From positions 1,260,001 through 1,292,000 of the forward strand of contig NC_010085.1 in NCBI RefSeq assembly GCF_000018465.1: DNA of 32,000 nucleotides. Reading direction: 5' to 3'. Positions 7,663 to 15,244 of this stretch are shown here, piece after piece. The DNA is from Nitrosopumilus maritimus SCM1 (lineage in GTDB: Archaea > Thermoproteota > Nitrososphaeria > Nitrososphaerales > Nitrosopumilaceae). The position numbers were made by a program, and so were the translations under genes. The notes beneath the pieces are model-generated. The model was not told the DNA's origin. It saw only the letters and a list, made by a program, of their open reading frames with translations, and did not search any database. Numbering within the stretch: position 1 is the first letter of the stretch; every line of letters starts with the position of its first letter.

Positions 7663-8718
7663 TTAACCTACAATATCGGTTCGTAGTTGTCCACAGGCAG
7701 CTGAGATCTCTGTACCTTTTTCCACACGTACAGTACAATTTACGCCAGATTTTCGCAATATTTGCTCAAATTCTAAGACATTTTTCTCAGATGGACGCTT
7801 AAAGTCACCAGCAGTAGGATTAATTGGAATAATGTTGACGTGTGAGCCGTTTCCTCTCAAAAGTCTTGCAAGTTCATGAGCAATTTCCGGAGAGTCGTTG
7901 ACTCCTTCCATCAGAGCATACTCAAATGTGACACGTCGTCCAGTTTTTTTAAAATAATCTCGTCCAGATTTTATGATGTCTTCAACAGAGTTAGGTCCTG
8001 CAGTTGGAACAAGTTTTTTTCGTAATTCATTGTTCGGTGCATGAAGCGAAATGGCAAGACCAATCTGAAGATTTTCTTCAGCTAGTTTTTCAATTCCAGA
8101 TGTAATGCCAATAGTAGAAATTGTAATGTGTCTTTGTCCTAATCCAAAACCTCTGTCATGTGTTAGAATTTTTACAGCTCGAATCATTTCATCATAATTT
8201 GCCATTGGTTCGCCCATTCCCATAAAGACCAGGTTTGTAACATGTTCTCCACGTTGTTCTAAAAGTTCAGCAAAATGAATTACTTGAGATACAATGTGTT
8301 CAGCTTTTAGATTTGTTTCAAAACCCATTTGTCCAGTTGCACAAAATACACAACCCATTGCACACCCTATTTGTGTTGAAACACAGATAGTTGATCTTGG
8401 ATGACCACCAATTTTTGTTGGCTCGTATTGCATTAGAACAGTTTCAACTGAAGAGCCATCAGATAGTTCCAACAATAATTTAGTAGTATCACCATCATCA
8501 CTTACGACACGATGAATTTCTTTTGCTGAACCAATGGTGTAGCCTGCTTCTGTAAATTCTTCTCGTAATTTTTTTGGAAGTTGAGGAATATCGTTAATGT
8601 CTTTTGGGAATTTGTAATAGAGTGGAAGTAAGATTTGGTCTGCTCTGTATCTATCATAACCCATATCAATTACTAATTTTTCCATTTCCTCAGGAAGTAA
8701 TCGATAAAGATCTGTCAT
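7663..8718 (-). CDS. rlmN: radical SAM rRNA/tRNA adenine-C2 methyltransferase, RlmN/Cfr family
   Basis: Contains the Cx3Cx2C cluster motif in STQIGCAMGCVFCATG, plus GMGEP, and a C-terminal SAACGQL with the conserved second catalytic Cys. Confidence 0.85.
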   Translation of the reverse strand: MTDLYRLLPEEMEKLVIDMGYDRYRADQILLPLYYKFPKDINDIPQLPKKLREEFTEAGYTIGSAKEIHRVVSDDGDTTKLLLELSDGSSVETVLMQYEPTKIGGHPRSTICVSTQIGCAMGCVFCATGQMGFETNLKAEHIVSQVIHFAELLEQRGEHVTNLVFMGMGEPMANYDEMIRAVKILTHDRGFGLGQRHITISTIGITSGIEKLAEENLQIGLAISLHAPNNELRKKLVPTAGPNSVEDIIKSGRDYFKKTGRRVTFEYALMEGVNDSPEIAHELARLLRGNGSHVNIIPINPTAGDFKRPSEKNVLEFEQILRKSGVNCTVRVEKGTEISAACGQLRTDIVG

Positions 8719-8763
8719 GATTAACGTAGTTAATCAAATGATATTATAATTTAATCAATATTG

Positions 8764-8783
8764 AAAAAATGAAAATGTAAAAA
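8764..8783 (-). terminator. oligo-T tracts downstream of radA (possible archaeal intrinsic terminator)
   Basis: On the minus strand, T5 (8783-8779) and T6 (8769-8764) follow the radA stop codon by 9-28 nt. The site overlaps the rlmN promoter region. Confidence 0.3.
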
Positions 8784-8791
8784 GAGTAAGA

Positions 8792-9958
8792 TTACTCTTC
8801 TACAGGTTCTGAATCATCTGCTTCAGCATCTACTGGAGGTGCTTCTACAGTTTCAACTTCTGGTGTTTTGGCAGTTACCTCTACTTCAGGAGTTTCTGTA
8901 GATTCTCCAGGAGTTTCTACTTTGGTCTCTACCTCAGGCTCTTTTGCCTTTTTGGTAGTTGCTTTTTTGGTAGTTTTTTTGGTCTTTTTCTCAGCCTCTT
9001 CAGGGTCAATGACACCTGCTTCACCTAGAGCAAAGATTACCTCTTCCTCAGGATGGTGAGGACTGTCTACCATTCTAGCAATTCGTTTCTTGCCAGATTT
9101 CTTAAAGTAGATTCTGTAGGTACTAGTATGTGCAACTACATTTCCACCAATTGGACGAGTTGGATCGCCAAAGAAGACATCAGGAGATGCCATAACTTGG
9201 TTTGTTGCAATTGCAGCACAATTGTAAGTTTCTGCAATTCTGGATAACAGATGAACAAAGTGATTTAGTTTTTGTTGTCTGTTTGAGAGTGTTCCTCGTC
9301 CTAAATATTCAGAACGGAACAATCCAACTGCAGAATCTGCAACAATTAGTTTGATATTGTTTTCTTCAATGATTGGGCCAGCTTCTTCTAGAATCAATGT
9401 TTGATGTGCACTATTGTATGCACGAGCAACAATGATGTTGTCTAGAACTTTTTCTGGATCCATCTCATGAGCTTGAGCGATAGATACAATTCTTTCAGGT
9501 CTGAAAGTGTTTTCAGTATCAATGTACAAAACACTGCCTTCAAGTCCACCTTCCTCTTTGGTCTTTTGAACCATAACAGACATTGTATGGGCAAATTGTG
9601 TTTTACCACAACCAAATTCTCCATAAACTTCTGTCAAGGCTTGTGTCTCAAGACCACCATCAAATAGTGTGTCAAGACAGTTTGTACCAGTTGTAATTTT
9701 ACCAATACTTTGACGGTGCTTGTAAATTTCACTTGCACTTGTAAAGTGTTTGGCAATTAATCCACCATCAACTAGATGTTGACGTGCTTTATTGACAATT
9801 TTTTCAGCAGTGTCCTTTTCCATTCCAGTTATTTCTGCAATTTCTACAGGACCTCTGACGATGAGGTCCATGACGTTGTGGACACCTGCATCGGATAATT
9901 TTCTAGTTGTCACAGGACCTACGCCCTCTAAACTATCTAATCTTAAATCTTCTACCAT
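8792..9958 (-). CDS. radA: DNA repair and recombination protein RadA with an atypical 69-aa charged C-terminal tail
   Basis: N-terminal HhH (LEGVGPVTTRKLSDAGV), Walker A GEFGCGKTQ, Walker B LIVADS, and a core that ends ...EAGVIDP. The tail, encoded at 8795-9001, is EEAEKKTKKTTKKATTKKAKEPEVE...DDSEPVEE. Confidence 0.95.
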   Translation of the reverse strand: MVEDLRLDSLEGVGPVTTRKLSDAGVHNVMDLIVRGPVEIAEITGMEKDTAEKIVNKARQHLVDGGLIAKHFTSASEIYKHRQSIGKITTGTNCLDTLFDGGLETQALTEVYGEFGCGKTQFAHTMSVMVQKTKEEGGLEGSVLYIDTENTFRPERIVSIAQAHEMDPEKVLDNIIVARAYNSAHQTLILEEAGPIIEENNIKLIVADSAVGLFRSEYLGRGTLSNRQQKLNHFVHLLSRIAETYNCAAIATNQVMASPDVFFGDPTRPIGGNVVAHTSTYRIYFKKSGKKRIARMVDSPHHPEEEVIFALGEAGVIDPEEAEKKTKKTTKKATTKKAKEPEVETKVETPGESTETPEVEVTAKTPEVETVEAPPVDAEADDSEPVEE

Positions 9959-9980
9959 ACCGTATGGTACGGTACCAGTA

Positions 9981-9989
9981 CTTTATAAG
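9981..9989 (-). promoter_or_regulatory. TATA-like box for radA
   Basis: The palindromic ctttataag is centred 27 nt upstream of the radA ATG (9958), which implies a leaderless or near-leaderless mRNA. A GC-containing palindrome (ccgtatggtacgg, 9960-9972) lies between the box and the start. Confidence 0.4.
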
Positions 9990-10039
9990 AGTATTGTTTT
10001 AGAAAATGATCGTAAAATGATAAAATTTTTGAAAAATGA

Positions 10040-10222
10040 CTATCGTCTCTTTCTTCTTTGTCCAGGTTTGTTTTGACCAGGAAATCTACCTAGAACAAAT
10101 CTCTTTTTGAAGTTGCTCTTATTTCTAAGACTAGAGTTGGTACCGACAATTTTACGTCCTTCCACCTTTGGAGTTTGCCCTCTTACTTTACCTGCTTTTG
10201 TAAGCGAACCGTGAGTTGCCAT
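10040..10222 (-). CDS. rps30e: 30S ribosomal protein eS30
   Basis: MATHGSLTKAGKVRGQTPKV..., 60 aa and highly basic. Confidence 0.85.
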   Translation of the reverse strand: MATHGSLTKAGKVRGQTPKVEGRKIVGTNSSLRNKSNFKKRFVLGRFPGQNKPGQRRKRR

Positions 10223-10262
10223 AATCTACATCACAAATTAACGAATTTATGTATTTGGAATT

Positions 10263-11996
10263 CTATCGGTACTTTGCCTTTACAGTCTCAATGACATGTT
10301 CGTGTTCACGACCCTTCTTGCGGGCATATCTCTCCATAGCACCTAATGGAACACCGCCAAGAGAACGTGCAATTGCGTTGAAAAAGTATCTCTGAGGACC
10401 CTTAGAACCAGTTCTAGTCATGAATTTTTGAATACCATATTTGAAATTGTGCTGCCATGTCTTGTACAAAACACCTAGTTGTGCAGGAGTCATCTCATTT
10501 CCAATGTTAAAGAAGTCAGATTTTTCTAATAATCCAATTGGAACAAATGTCAAGGCAGTTGTAGTAAACATTGATTCAGGTTGTTCACGTTCTAATTCAC
10601 TAATCAAACGAATTGTCTCCCAAGAATCTTCTGGTTGTTCATCATTGTCTAGTCCCATAATCAAAGTAAATGCTGGAATCCAATAATCTTGGTTTAAGGT
10701 CTTTACACCTTCTTTTACAACCCAATGCCACTCATCAGGAGAGTATGGTGCAAGTTTTCTATCAGCATATTTTCCAATTAGTCTCAAACTTCCAGTCTCA
10801 AATCCGGCTTGAACACCAATCATGTTGTCAGGGCCTGCTTTCATGATTTTAGATAGATTTGGAATTAATTTCTCATCAGCAATTGCTCCTGCCAATGTAC
10901 CATGTGTTGGGTTTGTGTGTTCTACACCAGTAGACATGATTGCAGTGAATAGTTCTTCTAGTGCTTCTCTGTTTGGTTCCATTCCTTTTGCAGTTCTAGG
11001 ATCCATACCGTAAACGAAAATATCATCACTGTGAACCCATGCAGATTTTGAACCACCTTTCTTTATGTTAACTTCAATTTCTTTTTTGACTTTTTCTGGA
11101 GAATAGTATCTTAATGATCTTAATGTAACGTCACAGAATTTACAGCCTCTTCCACAACCTCTCATTACTTCAATCATTCCATGCATACTTGGTTCAACAA
11201 TATCTGGAATTTCTTCTAGGTCAGGTCTGTCCCAAAAGTTTACAAATCTTCCATGAAGTTTTTTGCCGTTTCTCTCAAATTCTTTAATGTTAACTTTGAA
11301 ATCACTTCTCTTTCTGAAAGGATCCATATTCTCAAAGTCGCCGTTAATCAAATAGTTGAAGAATCGTCCTGCATGTCCGTCAATTTCTGGTGCAATACCA
11401 CCAAGCTCACCTTCCAAGATTGCATAAATTCCAAACTCTTCAATTTTCTCTGGGTCATAGTTGTATTGCCAAGTTCCAGATGCACCAGAGATTACTTTGG
11501 CTTTGCTGCCAGTTTTAGCTTTTGCAGCTTTGATTCTATGGTGTAATTCAGTATTGTAGTATTCATCGTATGATGTTTGTTTTCTACCATAAGTAAATGT
11601 CATAGTTACTGGTCCCATTCCTAGTGGGTCCATCTCATATGTTCCAACAACTAGTGTTTCAGGTCCAATGAATTTTTCAATGTGGTCTGGGTGTGCAACG
11701 ACAACATCTTGTCTGCTAAATCCATCTCGAAGTAAACCAGCTTCGAGTTTTCTCAAACCATATGGAGCATAATTTGCAACACCATTTGTGTGTGGAATAT
11801 AATTACAGATAAAATCAAACAAAAGCTTTGGAGTTACTTGTTTTCCAAGAATCTTGTACCAAAAGCTCTTTGGGTCTCTATTAGGATCAATAGCTGGAGC
11901 ACATCCAAAAAATGTCGCAAGAGACAATCCTCTATAAGGCGACATTAATGTACGATCAGCAGTTAAAACGATCTTTGGAGTTCCCATTCCCTTCAC
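10263..11996 (-). CDS. radical SAM protein with N-terminal B12-binding-like domain, function unknown
   Basis: The single Cx3Cx2C motif is MRGCGRGCKFCD. The N-terminal segment (KIVLTADRT...APYGLRKLEAGLLRDGFSRQDVVV) resembles the cobalamin-binding/Rossmann domain of class B radical SAM enzymes. The whole protein has only 5 Cys, so one Fe-S cluster is likely. The start is GTG at 11996 or ATG at 11987. Confidence 0.8.
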   Translation of the reverse strand: MKGMGTPKIVLTADRTLMSPYRGLSLATFFGCAPAIDPNRDPKSFWYKILGKQVTPKLLFDFICNYIPHTNGVANYAPYGLRKLEAGLLRDGFSRQDVVVAHPDHIEKFIGPETLVVGTYEMDPLGMGPVTMTFTYGRKQTSYDEYYNTELHHRIKAAKAKTGSKAKVISGASGTWQYNYDPEKIEEFGIYAILEGELGGIAPEIDGHAGRFFNYLINGDFENMDPFRKRSDFKVNIKEFERNGKKLHGRFVNFWDRPDLEEIPDIVEPSMHGMIEVMRGCGRGCKFCDVTLRSLRYYSPEKVKKEIEVNIKKGGSKSAWVHSDDIFVYGMDPRTAKGMEPNREALEELFTAIMSTGVEHTNPTHGTLAGAIADEKLIPNLSKIMKAGPDNMIGVQAGFETGSLRLIGKYADRKLAPYSPDEWHWVVKEGVKTLNQDYWIPAFTLIMGLDNDEQPEDSWETIRLISELEREQPESMFTTTALTFVPIGLLEKSDFFNIGNEMTPAQLGVLYKTWQHNFKYGIQKFMTRTGSKGPQRYFFNAIARSLGGVPLGAMERYARKKGREHEHVIETVKAKYR

Positions 11997-12038
11997 GAAA
12001 TTAATTTTCTGATTTATTTTAAACCTTGCTGGTCAAAT

Positions 12039-12851
12039 CTAATAATTTTCTAATATTCCAGCCTTGTTTCTGTGAAATTTACCAAATTCCTTGTTTTGAG
12101 ATAGATGCTGACCATCAAAGACGGTTCCATCCTTACAGACTAGATCTTCACCCACACAGCAGCTACCACAAATTCCAACGCCGCACTTCATCATTCTCTC
12201 AAGACTGGCCTGTACAAAGATACCTCTAGAATGGGCAGATTGGACTGTTTTGTACATCATTATTTCAGGCCCACAGACATAGACTCCATCAAATTTTATT
12301 TGGTCTACATGTTTTTCAACCAAATCAGTGACAAAGCCTTTTTCACCATAACTGCCATCATCAGTTGACACGATTACCTTGTGAGGATTATTTTCCAATA
12401 GTCTATTTGCCAAATCTTCAAAGAATACTTCGTCTTTAGACTTTGCACCAATTAAGACAGTAATATCATCTGTAGGTTTTACATGTGTGAGCAATCTCAT
12501 CATAGGAACAAGACCAGTTCCACCACCAACTAGCAATAATTTTCCTTCTTTAAGATCAAAAGAATTTCCATAAGGTCCACGAATTCCAATTTGCTCTCCA
12601 ACTTTGACATTAAACAGACCAGTAGAAGCTGCACCGTGTTTTCTAACAGTAAATGCTGCTTTTCCAGATTCATCTGAAATCATTACACTCATTGGTAGTT
12701 CATTTATTCCTGGAATCCAAACCATTGCAAATTGTCCTGGAAGAACATTTGACATTACCTCATCAGAAAAGACTAGAGTTCTAACAGTAGGAGTTTCATC
12801 AATTACTTTTTCAACTGTAACGATTGTTGTGTGATTATGATTTCTTTGCAA
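12039..12851 (-). CDS. pyrK: dihydroorotate dehydrogenase electron-transfer subunit (PyrK)
   Basis: Ferredoxin-reductase-like fold (LLLVGGGTGLVP) with a C-terminal 2Fe-2S motif, CGVGICGSCC...C. It overlaps the pyrD 3' end by 17 nt. TTG start. Confidence 0.85.
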   Translation of the reverse strand: MQRNHNHTTIVTVEKVIDETPTVRTLVFSDEVMSNVLPGQFAMVWIPGINELPMSVMISDESGKAAFTVRKHGAASTGLFNVKVGEQIGIRGPYGNSFDLKEGKLLLVGGGTGLVPMMRLLTHVKPTDDITVLIGAKSKDEVFFEDLANRLLENNPHKVIVSTDDGSYGEKGFVTDLVEKHVDQIKFDGVYVCGPEIMMYKTVQSAHSRGIFVQASLERMMKCGVGICGSCCVGEDLVCKDGTVFDGQHLSQNKEFGKFHRNKAGILENY

Positions 12852-13746
12852 GACCTATCATCTCCTCAATTTTTGAATAATTTTTCTTTTCCATGTATTG
12901 TAAAATTCCGGTATTGATTTCATTAAACACATCTATCCAATTGTCACCTATTGCACTTCCAAGTTGTACAGATGAAGCTCCTGCTAAGAAAAATTCTACT
13001 GCATCTTCCCAAGTAGATATACCACCGCATCCAATTATTGGGATGTCATATTTTGATGAAATTTCATAAACACATCTCAATGCAATTGGTTTGATTGGAG
13101 TTCCAGATAATCCTCCAAATTTATTGCTCAAAATAGGACGTTGTGTTTCAACATCTATTGCCATTGACCTAACTGTGTTAATGGCAGTAATGGCATCAAT
13201 TCCAGATTCAATAGCAGTGCCTACAGTGTTGAGATAATGAGTAGTTCCTAGACCAACTTTAGCAATTACAGGTACATTAGTTGAATTTTTAACAGTGGTA
13301 ACAATTTTCTTTACCAATTCAGGATCATCACCTACTTCTAAGCCGACTTTGGCAACATGGGGACAAGATAGATTCAACTCATATGCTGTGACTTTACAGT
13401 TTTCAAATTGTTTTATCATTTTTTCAAAGTCTTCAGGGATTGAACCAACAAGACTCACAATAATTGGAACATCCTGATTTGGTTCAATCATTTTTGCAAA
13501 ATTTTCTGCTCCAGGATTTGATAACCCTACAGCATTAATCCATCCACCTCCTTTGACACTAAAGATAGTTGGGTTTGGATATCCCTCCCAAGGTTCGGTA
13601 CTAAGGGATTTTGTAACAACAGCTCCTGCTCCTGAGCGATATAGACGACTAAAAACATCTAGTGAAATTCCTAAAATTCCAGATGCAAGCATCACAGGCC
13701 TGTCTAATTGAATTGGACCTATTGAAGTTGCAAGATTGGGCTCCAC
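12835..13746 (-). CDS. pyrD: dihydroorotate dehydrogenase catalytic subunit, class 1B
   Basis: Contains MLASGILG, NLSCPH, GGLSG and GCGGI. GTG start, with a TATA-like box 27 nt upstream. Confidence 0.9.
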   Translation of the reverse strand: MEPNLATSIGPIQLDRPVMLASGILGISLDVFSRLYRSGAGAVVTKSLSTEPWEGYPNPTIFSVKGGGWINAVGLSNPGAENFAKMIEPNQDVPIIVSLVGSIPEDFEKMIKQFENCKVTAYELNLSCPHVAKVGLEVGDDPELVKKIVTTVKNSTNVPVIAKVGLGTTHYLNTVGTAIESGIDAITAINTVRSMAIDVETQRPILSNKFGGLSGTPIKPIALRCVYEISSKYDIPIIGCGGISTWEDAVEFFLAGASSVQLGSAIGDNWIDVFNEINTGILQYMEKKNYSKIEEMIGLAKKS

Positions 13747-13768
13747 TTTGATTAATGAGGGTAGTTTC

Positions 13769-13777
13769 GAATATAAC
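13769..13777 (-). promoter_or_regulatory. TATA-like box for pyrD-pyrK
   Basis: The minus-strand sequence gttatattc is centred 27 nt upstream of the pyrD GTG at 13746. Confidence 0.35.
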
Positions 13778-13799
13778 AGTTGATTTGTGATTCTAGTAC

Positions 13800-13810
13800 C
13801 TTTTTTAAAG
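13800..13810 (+). promoter_or_regulatory. TATA-like box for nop5-fibrillarin operon
   Basis: cttttttaaag is centred 27 nt upstream of the nop5 ATG at 13832. Confidence 0.4.
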
Positions 13811-13831
13811 GTGGTTTAGATTGAACTAGAC

Positions 13832-15244
13832 ATGTATTCTGTGATTTTAACAGAATTGGGAATCTCAGTTTTTGATGATGAAAAACTAGAAAAATCATTT
13901 TCATTTTCAAATCCTGTAAAAGAGTATCTCTCAATAAAAAATAAAGAATCAAAATTAAACGAGGTTATCAATTATTTGGCTTCAATTCAAAGAGGAGTCT
14001 CAGTAAGTGATGATTCACTACTTGCTATTTTGAAAAAAAATAATATAGATTCTCAAATTATGGAAGATTCAGAATTAGAGAGAATTCAAGCATCAAAACC
14101 ACAAATCATTGTTGATTCAGGTTTTGCATCAAATCCTCAAGATGCTTTAGGAAAGTTAAGAGAATTTGCTTTAGGATTATCATCTTCAAAGGTTACTGAA
14201 GTTTCTGAAAGTCCAGATCTTCATATCATTCAAGCAATCAATTCACTAGATGAAATTGACAAAATTGCAAATGCTCTTAGTTCAAGATTAAGAGAATGGT
14301 ATGGATTACATTTTCCAGAATTAGATAACATCATTGATAGTATTAATGGATATGCACAAATTGTTATGGCAGGAAAACGAGAGTCGCTAACAAAACAAGT
14401 TTTTGAAGATGCAGGTTTTCCAGAATCAAAAGTAGAGATGTTGTCTTTAATTTCTACAAAAAGCAGAGGGGGAGATATCTCTGATGTAAATCTTGCAATT
14501 GTTCAATCAATTGCAAAACAAATTTTAGATTTTCATGATTTGCGTAAAAAACTTGAAGAACATGTTGAATCAGAAATGGAAACTATTGCACCAAATCTTT
14601 CTGCAATACTTGGTACAACAGTAGGTGCTAGAATTTTAGGAAGAGCTGGCAGTCTTAAGAGATTAGCTTCACTTCCAGCAAGCACAATTCAAGTTCTTGG
14701 AGCAGAAAAAGCATTGTTTAGATCATTGAAAACTGGTTCTCAACCACCAAAACACGGACTATTATTCCAACATGCAATGGTTCATGCTGCACCTAGATGG
14801 CAAAGAGGAAAAATTGCACGTGCCATTGCTGCAAAAGCAGTCATTGCTGCTAGAGTTGACGTCTACGGAGAGGGCCTAAACAGTACACTACTTGAGAAAC
14901 TCAATGTCAGGGTTGATGAAATTGGAAAGAAATACGAAAACCCAACTGAAAAAGATACCAGAAGACCAGAATCATTTAGACGAGATGGAGGCAATTTCAG
15001 AGATAATCGCAGACGTAGAGATGACAGAGGCGGACGTAGAGATGACAGAGGCGGACGTAGAGATGACAGAGGCGGACGTAGAGATGACAGAGGCGGACGT
15101 AGAGATGACAGAGGCGGACGTAGAGATGACAGAGGCGGACGTAGAGATGACAGAGGCGGACGTAGAGATGACAGAGGCGGACGTAGAGATGACAGACCAA
15201 GTTCAAATAAAAATAAAAAGAGAAAACAGTTTGGAAGAAGATAA
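13832..15244 (+). CDS. nop5: C/D box sRNP core protein Nop5 (Nop56/58) with C-terminal RRDDRGG repeat tail
   Basis: Nop domain motifs are present: GAEKALFRSLKTG and PKHGLLFQH. A coiled-coil middle region is present. The C-terminus is RRDDRGG x8 followed by a basic NKNKKRKQFGRR end. Confidence 0.9.
   Translation: MYSVILTELGISVFDDEKLEKSFSFSNPVKEYLSIKNKESKLNEVINYLASIQRGVSVSDDSLLAILKKNNIDSQIMEDSELERIQASKPQIIVDSGFASNPQDALGKLREFALGLSSSKVTEVSESPDLHIIQAINSLDEIDKIANALSSRLREWYGLHFPELDNIIDSINGYAQIVMAGKRESLTKQVFEDAGFPESKVEMLSLISTKSRGGDISDVNLAIVQSIAKQILDFHDLRKKLEEHVESEMETIAPNLSAILGTTVGARILGRAGSLKRLASLPASTIQVLGAEKALFRSLKTGSQPPKHGLLFQHAMVHAAPRWQRGKIARAIAAKAVIAARVDVYGEGLNSTLLEKLNVRVDEIGKKYENPTEKDTRRPESFRRDGGNFRDNRRRRDDRGGRRDDRGGRRDDRGGRRDDRGGRRDDRGGRRDDRGGRRDDRGGRRDDRGGRRDDRPSSNKNKKRKQFGRR
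15012..15196 (+). repeat. perfect 21-bp tandem repeat (gacgtagagatgacagaggcg), 8 full copies plus a 17-nt partial copy, in-frame in nop5
   Basis: Counted by hand. Units start at 15012, 15033, 15054, 15075, 15096, 15117, 15138 and 15159, all identical. The ninth unit (15180) diverges after 17 nt. Confidence 0.95.

Noticed and set aside
7607-7738. A 44-codon N-terminal extension of eL21 in the track ORF (MYCTCGKRYRDLSC...).
   Set aside because: It overlaps the 3' end of rlmN by 76 nt, is Cys-rich and unlike eL21. The internal ATG at 7606 gives the canonical MATKK... N-terminus with a TATA box about 28 nt upstream.
9960-9972. Small palindrome ccgtatggtacgg and an adjacent ggtacc between the radA TATA box and the start codon, considered as a possible operator (e.g. 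for damage-responsive control).
   Set aside because: It has only a 5-bp stem, no second copy elsewhere in the window, and I know of no matching motif. It is too weak to call as a regulatory site.
14892-15188. Long upstream extension of the fibrillarin ORF (track ORF 14892..15905), giving an (EADVEMT)n N-terminus.
   Set aside because: It lies entirely inside nop5 in another frame. The stop-free repeat keeps the frame open by chance. Homology to fibrillarin begins only near 15189-15260. The possibility is kept as a low-probability note in the findings.
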